A stretch of 64,000 nt of DNA, from positions 1 through 64,000 of IMG/VR virus record IMGVR_UViG_3300011008_000040; one strand, given 5' to 3'. How positions within the stretch are numbered: position 1 is the stretch's first letter; every line of letters begins with the position of its first letter. A program made the position numbers and the translations under genes. Below, piece after piece: positions 19,486 to 28,685 of this stretch. The notes under the pieces were generated by a model that was given only the letters and a program-made list of their open reading frames with translations, did not search any database and was not told the origin of the DNA. Origin of the DNA: a virus (Duplodnaviria; Caudoviricetes).

Positions 19486-20085
19486 TTAGGTTGCCGACAT
19501 GTAATCTGAATAAGTCATATCCTGTGTGCAAATATCAATGTCAAGATTTGCATCGAAATTCCTAACGCATATTTCATCTTTACGCATCTTACGAATATAA
19601 TCAATTGGATCAACAGGATTATTGTCATCAAGAAGCATCAAATACCCAGTCAACCAATCTCGTGGGTCAGTTCGCTCGTACATTTCATCGGTGAAAACGT
19701 CATCTGAGAATCGGAACAAGGTTACTTTGGTCCTGTCATTTGTATAACTTGCAAACTCAGATGGAGTTATTTCATACAAATATCCAGGAGCGTCAACCTG
19801 AGTATCGTCCTCAACTTCTGTGTCCGGATACTCTTCCTGCTCTTTTTCTTTTTCCTGACGAATCTTCTCAGCATAAATAGAAGGGTCAGGTTTATTCTTT
19901 GCAGCTGCTGCTTTCTCGATTGCTTCTTGATTAATTCTGGCAAAAGTTTCTTTAACGGATTCAATTTCTTCCTGTGCCTGAGCCCTATACTTTTCTTTAA
20001 CAGCTAACCATGTGATTACTGATCCTATAGCCGACCCAGCAACAAATATCAATGGCTCTTTAATCGTCTTCAGATTCAAATTCAT
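19486..20085 (-). CDS. N-terminally membrane-anchored acidic protein
   Basis: FVAGSAIGSVITWLAV TM then coiled coil; start reset to MNLNLK. Confidence 0.7.
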   Translation of the reverse strand: MNLNLKTIKEPLIFVAGSAIGSVITWLAVKEKYRAQAQEEIESVKETFARINQEAIEKAAAAKNKPDPSIYAEKIRQEKEKEQEEYPDTEVEDDTQVDAPGYLYEITPSEFASYTNDRTKVTLFRFSDDVFTDEMYERTDPRDWLTGYLMLLDDNNPVDPIDYIRKMRKDEICVRNFDANLDIDICTQDMTYSDYMSAT

Positions 20086-20296
20086 TTTCAGTTTCATCGG
20101 CAAGCCCACCTCTCTTTATAAATGAAATTACAAATTTCTCCACCTGGCATTTTTCCAGATCATCTTCTATACCTTCAAGTCTTTTCGAAATATCATTGTA
20201 TAGAGATTTAATCTTCTTCATGTCCTCTGGATTTGATTTAGGTTTTAGCTCCGGTGCATATGTATCAGCCTGTACTATATACTTATTAAACGCCAT
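20060..20296 (-). CDS. Hypothetical protein
   Basis: ORF in gene run. Confidence 0.6.
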   Translation of the reverse strand: MAFNKYIVQADTYAPELKPKSNPEDMKKIKSLYNDISKRLEGIEDDLEKCQVEKFVISFIKRGGLADETENEFESEDD

Positions 20297-20314
20297 TCAA
20301 TTTCCTTTCAAATA

Positions 20315-21295
20315 TCAAAGAAGATCCATTACATTTCCATCTACATTGAAATCAAGAATAACTGACTCTGCTTGATACTTTTCATCATAGAATTCAATTG
20401 GAACAAACTCAATTCTGTTATCACCTGTCGGATAATCAGGGTCATAATGCCATCCAACGACCTGACCTTCTTTGGTACGATCAAAGCCAAGCCTATCATA
20501 TACTTCATTCAGGAAGACCGTGTGATTAGGTCTGTACCTAAGAAGCATGTTGAAATAATCCTGTGCCTTAATAATATAGTCTCTGTTGTACCAAGATGTC
20601 GCCAAGTCGCCAACATCTCCATCAAACTCTTTGCTATGCTCCTTATCAAATATCCGAGCATACATACTATAGCAATCAAGCTCGTCCTCAATTGTAGACC
20701 TTACTACTTTTCTGGTCTTCGGGGCACCGTTCTTATCAAGTTTCTGCTTTCCATCCTTATCGAGATCAGGAACTGCATACTCCTTATTCTTCAGTCCAAA
20801 ACGGAACTCACGATCGGCATCTTCACCGAGAATATCAATTACGTTCTGTCTATACTTAGCATACTGGCGCTCCATAAGAGTGCATGCTGCCAAAGTGCTG
20901 ACATAACGATTATTCAGTTTGCCGTAGCCAATAGACATTAAAGCTATTGATCCAATTTCAGTAACTGCCACAGGAGCATACAATTTACCAACTTTAAAAC
21001 CAGCCTGAATATAGGCTTTAACAAGGGCTTTGCGATAGTCATTAATCGGAAGAACTCCCTCAACTTCTTCTTCATCAAATCCCTCCACAGGTTTTTTTGC
21101 ATGCACTTCATCCAGAATATCCTGAACATCGCACATAACTGCATCATGTTTCTTTGCGGCGCGCCACATTAAATATAAACTAGCGACAGATCCTACTGCT
21201 CCAACACAAAACGCAATTGTCGGACCTGCTTTATACATCTTGATCGCAGTCTTGCTAACGACCGGATTATTTGCTATTGTCTCTTTCAAATTCAT
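20315..21295 (-). CDS. Membrane-associated paralog 1 (DUF6353-like)
   Basis: Two hydrophobic helices, YRQNVIDILG, VFLNEVYDRLG, VGW; paralogous to 22158 and 23272. Confidence 0.65.
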   Translation of the reverse strand: MNLKETIANNPVVSKTAIKMYKAGPTIAFCVGAVGSVASLYLMWRAAKKHDAVMCDVQDILDEVHAKKPVEGFDEEEVEGVLPINDYRKALVKAYIQAGFKVGKLYAPVAVTEIGSIALMSIGYGKLNNRYVSTLAACTLMERQYAKYRQNVIDILGEDADREFRFGLKNKEYAVPDLDKDGKQKLDKNGAPKTRKVVRSTIEDELDCYSMYARIFDKEHSKEFDGDVGDLATSWYNRDYIIKAQDYFNMLLRYRPNHTVFLNEVYDRLGFDRTKEGQVVGWHYDPDYPTGDNRIEFVPIEFYDEKYQAESVILDFNVDGNVMDLL

Positions 21296-21319
21296 ACTTT
21301 TTGCCTTTCTAAAATATAA

Positions 21320-21538
21320 TTACATTAATTCCAGGAGATTTGTTTGCCCTGGAACTTGCTTTTTCTTGACCATGCGAGCTTTATTCATTGGTATCTTTCT
21401 TTTTGTATGAGATTTATAAATTGCATAAATCTGGGCATCAGGCATATCAGAGATCCTTTGACCTCTGATAATGCCCGAAGGATAAATAGTAATGAGCTTA
21501 GCCCGCATTTCCTGAATTTCTCTATCCATAAATATCAA
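21320..21538 (-). CDS. Hypothetical protein
   Basis: ISDMPDAQIYAIY motif. Confidence 0.6.
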   Translation of the reverse strand: MIFMDREIQEMRAKLITIYPSGIIRGQRISDMPDAQIYAIYKSHTKRKIPMNKARMVKKKQVPGQTNLLELM

Positions 21539-22143
21539 CGAGGCAGGATCTTAGCTTTCGGAAGAGTAATAATGTATCCTTCTTCAGCCTGACGAACTTC
21601 TGCAAAATCCAGATTCTGCCAACCCCAATCCTGAAGAGTATAGTTAGATGTTGGAACTTTTGACAAATTGTACATATCGAGAACTGTTGCGACCCGGCAG
21701 CGTGCAATTTGATTCTTCAATTCTGTAAGAACTGCATCTGCCTCTCCATACGTCGGATACGTAAATTCATCATAATCAAGCTGAGTGGCCATAGTTGGTT
21801 TTGGCGTCGCTTGCTGCTGATAGTAATTGCTATACGAATATCTTTCGGCTGGCAATTTACTTCTATCAACTGGTTTATAGTCAGAGTAAACCATCATCCT
21901 GACTGCATTTGTCACTGTGTCGATAGCTGCCTGAATGAATGACCAAGATAAATCTTTAATTTTAGGGGCAACCCACTGTGTCATCAGTCCCTGTTCAATG
22001 TCTCTAAAGTCTTGTGCAAATATCATTCGTAAAAGCTTATTATTCTTTTTCTTACGAACAGTCGGCTGCTTAGACACAACAGCATCCAAAGCTTTCTTAT
22101 TTTCTTCTTTCGATTTATTCGAATTGGACGGGTAATTATCCAT
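21535..22143 (-). CDS. Conserved phage protein
   Basis: GEADAVLTEL...ATVLDMY...WGW..L...GYIITLPK. Confidence 0.7.
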   Translation of the reverse strand: MDNYPSNSNKSKEENKKALDAVVSKQPTVRKKKNNKLLRMIFAQDFRDIEQGLMTQWVAPKIKDLSWSFIQAAIDTVTNAVRMMVYSDYKPVDRSKLPAERYSYSNYYQQQATPKPTMATQLDYDEFTYPTYGEADAVLTELKNQIARCRVATVLDMYNLSKVPTSNYTLQDWGWQNLDFAEVRQAEEGYIITLPKAKILPR

Positions 22144-22157
22144 ATTAAATATCTCCC

Positions 22158-23012
22158 TTACATTCTATCTCTTGCCCAAGAAGGTACATAATGCGGAGGA
22201 ACTCTGAAGTTCAGAACCCAGCATGGCCTATCGTCAACAATCAATGATGTTGGACTCAATTCAATCAATCCTTCTTTATCGAGTCGCCACATAAGACTTT
22301 CTGCTGAACCAGCCTGAGGAAGTCCAAGTGCCAAATATACATCATTAAGTGTCGCATAACCATCAAATGCCATTGCTTCTTTCAACATGTTCTGATTGAC
22401 AGCATTTATCTGGCTTCGAATATAATCTATATCGGAATAGAAATATCTTCCGCTCCAATAATCAAAGCACAAAGTCGTGCCATCTCGCGTGTCATATACA
22501 TTGATGATATGACCTTCGTCATCAGTCAAAAGTTCCATACGGTCACGCATTATTTTCTGACCGATTTCTTTCTCTTTTTTATCCCCGACAACTTCTTTTG
22601 TCGCATTTCTATACTCATTCAATGCAGTCTCAGACAACTGATATGCTGCTGCCATTGCTGCCGTACGCTTAAGACCTTCTTTCGTTGACAGCACAGCGCA
22701 CACTGCTCCTCCTGTAAGAGCTAAAGCTGATGGAATATAATACTTCCATCCAAGTTTAACAACTTCTTTAGGAGGAATCTCAATTGCATCAGTATCGACC
22801 GGAACGATAGTGTCATTATTCTGAGCCTGAATATCTTTTGCTATTTCGTCCTTCTTATCTTCTACTTTTTTGCACGTCTTTACAGTCGCAACAACTGCCA
22901 AAGGAACTGCCGCAGCCATCAAGCTTATACCGAATCCTGTCAAAACTTCTGGCTTATGTGCTTCTGCCAGTTTAAAAAGATTAAGCCATGACCGTTTAAA
23001 ATCGACTTTCAT
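22158..23012 (-). CDS. Membrane-associated paralog 2 (DUF6353-like)
   Basis: PEVLTGFG TM, WKYYIPS, CFDYWSGRYF, ATLNDVYLALG. Confidence 0.65.
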   Translation of the reverse strand: MKVDFKRSWLNLFKLAEAHKPEVLTGFGISLMAAAVPLAVVATVKTCKKVEDKKDEIAKDIQAQNNDTIVPVDTDAIEIPPKEVVKLGWKYYIPSALALTGGAVCAVLSTKEGLKRTAAMAAAYQLSETALNEYRNATKEVVGDKKEKEIGQKIMRDRMELLTDDEGHIINVYDTRDGTTLCFDYWSGRYFYSDIDYIRSQINAVNQNMLKEAMAFDGYATLNDVYLALGLPQAGSAESLMWRLDKEGLIELSPTSLIVDDRPCWVLNFRVPPHYVPSWARDRM

Positions 23013-23059
23013 ATAATCTTCCTTTCCAAATATAATTTTTGAAAAAGAAAAAGAGGCTG

Positions 23060-23218
23060 TTAAACCTCTTTCGCTTCTTCAGTGCCATTATTATCGACAT
23101 TCTCTTTTGTCTGATCTGTCGTCGTGTACTTATAAAGTTCTCTTGCTCCCATGAATGTCTGTGCAAGACCGCCTACAATACCGGCAATGATCGAAACCAA
23201 TTTAATAGTGTTGTCCAT
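23060..23218 (-). CDS. Small membrane protein, 52 aa, under P3 (not in ORF track)
   Basis: Manual translation MDNTIKLVSIIAGIVGGLAQ...EAKEV; RBS gaaaggaagg; hairpin gaggctgttaaacctc at its end. Confidence 0.65.
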   Translation of the reverse strand: MDNTIKLVSIIAGIVGGLAQTFMGARELYKYTTTDQTKENVDNNGTEEAKEV

Positions 23219-23238
23219 AATTTATTTAACACCTTCCT

Positions 23239-23266
23239 TTCTATTATACGGCTTGTAATTTTTACG
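23239..23266 (-). promoter_or_regulatory. Phage promoter-like motif P3
   Basis: cgtaa aaat taca agccgtata atagaa. Confidence 0.65.
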
Positions 23267-23271
23267 AGATA

Positions 23272-24123
23272 TCACTCTGTCGGGCCAATTCCGGAAAACT
23301 TCTTATAAGGTTCTCCGCAACCATAGCCATAGCCCCATGCAAATGCTTCGCCGTCAGAACTAAATTGAGGCTCCCAAGTAAACTGAACAACATTGATTTT
23401 TTCGCCTGTACTCTCATCTGTAATATTCCAGTGCTCAAAATCAATCCATGGCTCAATTCCCCAGTCTTCCATCATAATTCCTACGTCATATCCATATGCA
23501 TCTCCAAATTCTTCAGGAAACATGTCAATTATTCCAAGAAATGCGAAGAACTCTCTGACAGAAGCAGAACCACGCAGAGCAAAATTTCTGTTTAAATGGT
23601 ACTCCGCCTCTATTACGTCAGCTGCAGTAGACTGGAAATATATATCGCCATGATCTGGAATATCTTTTATGCAAAACCATTCTACACCGGGCTCAGATTT
23701 CTTATGGTCTAAGCCCTGAACTACCTCAGCAGCTACAGCCGGAGCAGCGAGTGCACGATATCTTGCCATTTTGTCTCTGGCTGAGATGAATGCCGAATTT
23801 ATCATGCTATTATATGCAATCCATTTCTGATTCGATTTATGGATGCAATAAATAGTTGTTGCCGCCGATGCAATAACCGGAGCATAGTTTCTGATTGTAT
23901 TTTTAACTATTTCTTTCCGAGTCATTTTGTTTTCCAGATTTGCATCCTCGGGAATTTTCTCGGATTCATATTCAACCTGCTTTCTTGTGCAAGCGATTGC
24001 AAAACCGGTAGTAACCAGTACTCCAATTGCAGCATACATAGAATATGCTTTTGGAGAATCTAATTTCTTTAACGTAGCAAGAACCTTCTCAAATTTACTT
24101 GGATCAATTTTCAATTTTCGCAT
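23272..24123 (-). CDS. Membrane-associated paralog 3 (DUF6353-like)
   Basis: TM, RNYAPV, YFQST, LNRNF, SVREFFAFLG. Confidence 0.65.
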   Translation of the reverse strand: MRKLKIDPSKFEKVLATLKKLDSPKAYSMYAAIGVLVTTGFAIACTRKQVEYESEKIPEDANLENKMTRKEIVKNTIRNYAPVIASAATTIYCIHKSNQKWIAYNSMINSAFISARDKMARYRALAAPAVAAEVVQGLDHKKSEPGVEWFCIKDIPDHGDIYFQSTAADVIEAEYHLNRNFALRGSASVREFFAFLGIIDMFPEEFGDAYGYDVGIMMEDWGIEPWIDFEHWNITDESTGEKINVVQFTWEPQFSSDGEAFAWGYGYGCGEPYKKFSGIGPTE

Positions 24124-24278
24124 GTATGTTCTCCTTTATATTTCTTAAAAATATCTTTCAGATAATCAAATGGCGGGTCATACAATCCAGCTTTACCAGT
24201 TTTGTAATGGTAAATCATATGAACTCCAAGTTCTAAAGCAACAAGAAAACTTAGAACAAAGAACAATACACCCAGCAT
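24111..24278 (-). CDS. Small membrane protein, 55 aa (not in ORF track)
   Basis: Manual translation MLGVLFFVLSFLVALELG...CEN. Confidence 0.55.
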   Translation of the reverse strand: MLGVLFFVLSFLVALELGVHMIYHYKTGKAGLYDPPFDYLKDIFKKYKGEHTCEN

Positions 24279-24552
24279 AAATATCAATCTTCCTTTCTCT
24301 TTATGCGGTAATTTCTATCTTTAACACTGGCTGAACTCCATATTCAGTCATTTCAACCAACATTGTAATCCACAACACTTCATGGCTCCAATATTTAGAA
24401 TCTGATGGCAAATTTCCAAATGGCTCAAAATCTAATATCGTTTCCATTTGTCCACTATCATTATCAAATGTATTCAGAAAAACTGCCTCTGATTTAAGCA
24501 ACGCGCCTGATAATTCGGCCAATGTCATAAATATCAATCTTCCTTTCTCTTT
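24276..24552. repeat. 27-bp direct repeat (identical RBS+ATG leader) flanking a 250-bp gene module
   Basis: cataaatatcaatcttcctttctcttt at 24276-24302 and 24526-24552. Confidence 0.85.
24301..24528 (-). CDS. Hypothetical protein
   Basis: Starts at the repeated leader (MTLAEL). Confidence 0.65.
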   Translation of the reverse strand: MTLAELSGALLKSEAVFLNTFDNDSGQMETILDFEPFGNLPSDSKYWSHEVLWITMLVEMTEYGVQPVLKIEITA

Positions 24553-24670
24553 TCATTAAATGTTCGTATAAGTTCTTTTAGTTCTTCTTCAGACAAAATC
24601 TGAGTTATTAATAAATCATTTTCCATAATCACAAAAAATAAAGGCAGCTGTTTAAGCCGCCCAACCTAAA

Positions 24671-24967
24671 TTAAGAAACCGGTCCCAACCATACCTTATG
24701 TTCTCCTGACAGCGTTCCTATCCAATGAAGATTTCCAGCCGTATCATAGTATTTGCAATATACTTCTTCATTTAGAACAGCATCTCTTAATTTATCTATC
24801 ATGTTATTAAGGATAACTGTGTTTGCCCAATACGTTCTGTCAAAGCAGCATTGAATGACAAGTGGCTTTTCAATTTCATGAATCTCTTCACCGTCAACGA
24901 AATCATGATGAAGCACTAACTTATAGCGTTCAAATTTTATATCACTCACCGTCCGCTGCATCCTCAT
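24671..24967 (-). CDS. Hypothetical protein
   Basis: ORF in gene run. Confidence 0.65.
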   Translation of the reverse strand: MRMQRTVSDIKFERYKLVLHHDFVDGEEIHEIEKPLVIQCCFDRTYWANTVILNNMIDKLRDAVLNEEVYCKYYDTAGNLHWIGTLSGEHKVWLGPVS

Positions 24968-25139
24968 AAAGAATCTTCTTCAGCCTCTTTTTGCACTCAT
25001 CGCATATTCTTGTGGTTGGGATATAGCTACCGTAGTTCCCGAATCCAAGCGGAATAAAACCATCACAAATCATGCAACTTGTACCAACTTGGCACGGATA
25101 TGGTTCAAACTCAATAGTTCCAATGTTGTCTTCACTCAT
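24942..25139 (-). CDS. Zn-finger-like small protein
   Basis: CMIC...CDEC; start reset to MSEDN; paralog of 9844. Confidence 0.65.
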   Translation of the reverse strand: MSEDNIGTIEFEPYPCQVGTSCMICDGFIPLGFGNYGSYIPTTRICDECKKRLKKILYEDAADGE

Positions 25140-25399
25140 GTCCCGCCATCCATTCTTGCACCATTTGCACAAAAGAAATCGTCTCCGTGACACGCCGTGG
25201 TCAGAACACAATAATAACTATTGGAGTTACCATATATTCTTCCATAAAAGCAATCCTTACACCTTACCACTTCCGCAACATCTGCGGATGGGATTTTGTT
25301 GATTGCTGATTTCATTCTGTATTCCATATCTTCATCAATATAACCACGGAAACGATGAATTTCATTTAATGCGTCTTCACGCTTGATGTATTCAGCCAT
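25136..25399 (-). CDS. Small Cys-rich protein (YIKREDA...IPSADV...RCKDC family)
   Basis: Motifs typical of Clostridia phage accessory genes. Confidence 0.7.
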   Translation of the reverse strand: MAEYIKREDALNEIHRFRGYIDEDMEYRMKSAINKIPSADVAEVVRCKDCFYGRIYGNSNSYYCVLTTACHGDDFFCANGARMDGGT

Positions 25400-25737
25400 T
25401 CAAGTTCTTCCTTTACAATGTCATCTTTGTACCAATGTTCTTCTAAATTATAAATACCACAAACTTCTGCTATCTGTTTGCAAACATTAAATTTTGTTCT
25501 TTCGATAAAATTTGCCATTTCCTCATTCGACATGCGACGGATAAGGTCGGCATTGGTATCACCATTGACAAATTTCAGGAAATCATCTCTATTCAAGAAA
25601 ATAGTATAGAGAACGTAATCAGCACAGATACGGACAGCTTCCTGTTCTGCTTCTGACAGCGTATTTTTGTTCCAATCCCCATTGACATCCTGACCATGAA
25701 ATAGAAGATTTTCAAAGTAATGCTCAAGATTACTCAT
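25366..25737 (-). CDS. Hypothetical protein
   Basis: TNADLIRRMSNEEMANFI motif. Confidence 0.65.
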   Translation of the reverse strand: MSNLEHYFENLLFHGQDVNGDWNKNTLSEAEQEAVRICADYVLYTIFLNRDDFLKFVNGDTNADLIRRMSNEEMANFIERTKFNVCKQIAEVCGIYNLEEHWYKDDIVKEELEWLNTSSVKTH

Positions 25738-25967
25738 TTATCTACCTCTTCCTCTTCTCTTATGACTATTAGGTCACACTCTCCATTCTCATCTATCGAA
25801 ACATAACTCGAGTCTATGCAATAACCATCCTCATTGCTCAAGCAGTTACTTACAGCACATCTCATAAAATACTTTTCCTCTTGTTGTTTTATTTTATACA
25901 AACTACAGTCGTAACAAGTTAGTTTAACGCATTTATGCCCTGTAAATTCACAATTTTGGCTTATCAT
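25734..25967 (-). CDS. Cys-rich small protein
   Basis: Multiple CxxC. Confidence 0.6.
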   Translation of the reverse strand: MISQNCEFTGHKCVKLTCYDCSLYKIKQQEEKYFMRCAVSNCLSNEDGYCIDSSYVSIDENGECDLIVIREEEEVDK

Positions 25968-26602
25968 ACCAATGAATCTTTTATGTTAATAAATTCAGCA
26001 CCAATTTTTGATAGAGTTTCATTGCCAGCAGCAGCAATTTTTGTCAAAGCATCGCGTATATCTTCTTTCTCCATTGGCTTACTTAACACTCTATCTAGAG
26101 TAATAATCTCACTAAATGGCAGGCTCTTAATCCAGTCACAGAAATCATGCCACTCGTCGAGTTTATGGTTCTTGCGCTTAGGATAGATACCAGCAAGCAC
26201 TTCATAATTCAGCTGCACTGTACGCTTCTGGTTATAGGAACTTGGAAGAAGCTGGATCATTTGCCACCACCAGTACTTATCTTTGGTTTCGAGGTATTTA
26301 TCTCTGTAAGCATTTAATACTCCAATAGTATCTTTTAAATTATCAAGCGCACTATCCTTATAATATTGATTATCCCATGTTATTAGAATCGGATCTTCAT
26401 CCAGATGCTCATAAGAGAAATCATCAAGATCAAATTCCTTAGCAGCAATCTTATGCATGGTACTACAGCTATTCGCCACAGTGCCTACTTTGTAAGTGTC
26501 AATTTCCTTCCATAGATACAGTGGAGCCGTAATATCAACAGTGACATTGATCATACGCCGATACTTAGCATCAACCGATCCCGCTCGAGCAAGCCGCATC
26601 AT
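25964..26602 (-). pseudogene. ThyX-like (FAD-dependent thymidylate synthase-like) C-terminal part, separated from its N-terminus by an inversion
   Basis: VDITAPLYLWKE.DTYKVGTVANSCSTMHK, LLPSSYNQKR, KLDEWHDFC; begins mid-domain at MMRLARAG. Confidence 0.75.
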
Positions 26603-26604
26603 AA

Positions 26605-26790
26605 GATGTTACTTCTGTAAAACATGGAGAGTGGGAAATCTTGGAATCATTTTCTCTGGAATACGATAATTCTCATAAAGATCGTTGCAGATGCACAAGC
26701 TGTGGATTTATTCATGAGTTTACTGACTTTCATTATGGCCAATATAATTTTTGCCCAGAGTGTGGGGCTAAAATGGATGGTGTAAAATGA
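26605..26790 (+). pseudogene. C-terminal half of the 27209..27394 gene (DVTSVKHGEW...CTSCG...NFCPECGAKMD)
   Basis: Manual translation; continues ...IKNLQA after re-inversion. Confidence 0.7.
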
Positions 26791-26984
26791 TAACATTAAA
26801 AGGCGGGGTATTTCCACATGTTGGAACTATTCCTAATGAATTTGAAGTTGCGTATCAGATTGTTTCAGAATTGCAAAGGACTAATGTGCTCAAAGTAAGA
26901 AAAGAAATGATCGGGGATACACCTTATTATGTTTGGGAGCTAAAAATAGAAACTATACATATAGGAGAAAGAACGAATGATTAA
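26787..26984 (+). CDS. Hypothetical protein carried in the inversion
   Basis: ATGA-coupled ORF inside inverted segment. Confidence 0.65.
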   Translation: MITLKGGVFPHVGTIPNEFEVAYQIVSELQRTNVLKVRKEMIGDTPYYVWELKIETIHIGERTND

Positions 26985-27213
26985 ATTTGAGCATACAGAA
27001 GTAACCGGTTGGGAAGCTGCTATTCGTGGAATGAGAAACCCGATGAACAGTTGGGATAAGAGTGATACATTCTGCAACTTTGAAAAATGTAGTGAATGCT
27101 CTGACAGACCTAAATGCGATCATGAAATGATGCCTGGACCTCCAGCCGGTCGTCCATATCGATCAACTAATTTAAACTTTAATTATATTGGCCCAAACGA
27201 TCATGACCTTATG
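26977..27213 (+). pseudogene. ThyX-like N-terminal part
   Basis: MIKFEHTEVTGWEAAIRGMRNPMNSWDKSD...IGPNDHDLM; joins MRLARAG after re-inversion. Confidence 0.8.
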
Positions 27214-27394
27214 CTTGGAGATTTTTAATCGATTCGATGTGTCTGTCACAAGCCATATTCACAGTTTCTATATGATCTTTTATTCCTTCTCCACTAATGT
27301 CTATCATAATCTTTAACACATTTTCAGAAGGAACTATCTTATCTTCTAATATGACTTTGATAGCATCTTTACGCTTAATTAACTCATCAATCAT
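27209..27394 (-). pseudogene. N-terminal half of an IKRxDA-family Zn-finger gene truncated by the inversion
   Basis: MIDELIKRKDAI...IKNLQA then stop at the junction. Confidence 0.65.
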
Positions 27395-27758
27395 CTTTAA
27401 TAACTCCAATTGTTCTTTTCAACAAATATGAAAGTTCCATTAAATCATTAGATGCCATTGAATATCCACATTCGTATCCTTCTTTATAAGATTTTCGAAT
27501 TGCATCGTCAACTTCTTCATTTGTTTTCTTTAATGCATTATTTCTTCCATTTTCAAATGATATATTGATTAATTCAATAACTCTTTTCCCGGAATACGTT
27601 CTATCTGGATATATCGTCTCTCCGCCAAGTCTTATTTTATTCATTTTCTTCCTTTCCAACTTATTCTCCTTTAATCCATATAATCTGTCAAATGAACTGA
27701 CTAATGCTATACAAAACATACAAGCGCACATAATAATAATATTTAGAATATCACTCAT
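27387..27758 (-). CDS. Hypothetical protein (N-terminal hydrophobic segment; may be two genes)
   Basis: ORF track; internal RBS before MNKIR. Confidence 0.5.
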   Translation of the reverse strand: MSDILNIIIMCACMFCIALVSSFDRLYGLKENKLERKKMNKIRLGGETIYPDRTYSGKRVIELINISFENGRNNALKKTNEEVDDAIRKSYKEGYECGYSMASNDLMELSYLLKRTIGVIKDD

Positions 27759-28055
27759 TTATTCTCCTGCTTTCCATTCAGTAATATGAATCTGATAGTT
27801 TTTAGGAGCATAGTCCTCATTAATATTGACCATAACTATTTCAGATTTATTGAACTCACTGGCAACAAGAGAATAATTATTGTGCTTCTCTGGAATATAA
27901 CAGCCTTGCCATTTCATACTAAATTGTCCAGAATCAACTACATAAGTAGTAATATTTCTATTAACCGGCACATGGCGACCATCAGCTAACCGAAATATAA
28001 TGGATTTAATCCAAATGTCTTTGTCATTATTTGTTCCTTTAAATGTTAATGCCAT
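27759..28055 (-). CDS. Hypothetical protein
   Basis: ORF in gene run. Confidence 0.6.
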   Translation of the reverse strand: MALTFKGTNNDKDIWIKSIIFRLADGRHVPVNRNITTYVVDSGQFSMKWQGCYIPEKHNNYSLVASEFNKSEIVMVNINEDYAPKNYQIHITEWKAGE

Positions 28056-28480
28056 TTCTTTTTCTCTATTTTGTATTCAGGGCAATACCTAATTTGATAA
28101 GTAATATCCCCGTCTTTCATTATTGGTTCTGCTTCCCAACCCTCTATTGGAGTAAATTCAGAACTCCAACTGCATCCGCCATAACAATTTCCACAAGTCC
28201 AACATGGTTGATCATGAGTTTTTGGTACTATAGTGTATGTTTTAACGGCAGGTCCAAGGATAATATCAAAATATTCAATAGAGCCATCTTCATTTTTTAC
28301 AGACAACCGGCTGCCATTTTTTAAGCATCCACGAGTATACCCATACCGTCTACCAAGGAAAGAATCAGCTTCAACAAGTGATCGAAATGGATACTCTGTT
28401 TTATCTTTAAGCGAAATCAGTATGCAAGATCTGGTTCGTCTGCTCTGTTTTGGCTCCAATAGTGCTTGCTGCGATTCCAT
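28046..28480 (-). CDS. Protein with NUMOD1-like segment and Cys-rich C-terminus
   Basis: FRSLVEADSFLG; QPCWTCGNCYGGCSWS...YCPEY. Confidence 0.6.
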   Translation of the reverse strand: MESQQALLEPKQSRRTRSCILISLKDKTEYPFRSLVEADSFLGRRYGYTRGCLKNGSRLSVKNEDGSIEYFDIILGPAVKTYTIVPKTHDQPCWTCGNCYGGCSWSSEFTPIEGWEAEPIMKDGDITYQIRYCPEYKIEKKKWH

Positions 28481-28685
28481 GATTCATAGCCTCCGTATTA
28501 ATCTTATAGCACACAGATGGAATATCACTAAGGTAAATACTTCCAATTTCGTCAAGTTTGTCCCTATGCCGTATAATCAAATGGTCAATCAATGTAGGAA
28601 GAAAATTAGCTGATCTAACGCCATAGTCAGTAACTATTGTTCGGCCACAAAATTTACACACATAGTCTTTCTTTGTCTGGCTCAT
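28407..28685 (-). CDS. C2H2-like Zn-finger protein
   Basis: YVCKFCG...LIDHLIIRH. Confidence 0.6.
   Translation of the reverse strand: MSQTKKDYVCKFCGRTIVTDYGVRSANFLPTLIDHLIIRHRDKLDEIGSIYLSDIPSVCYKINTEAMNHGIAASTIGAKTEQTNQILHTDFA

Larger units (their letters stand above)
26600..27213. other. ~600-bp inverted segment bounded by CATAAG / CTTATG
   Basis: Three + strand coding pieces inside a - strand operon; flipping the segment rejoins two genes. Confidence 0.85.
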
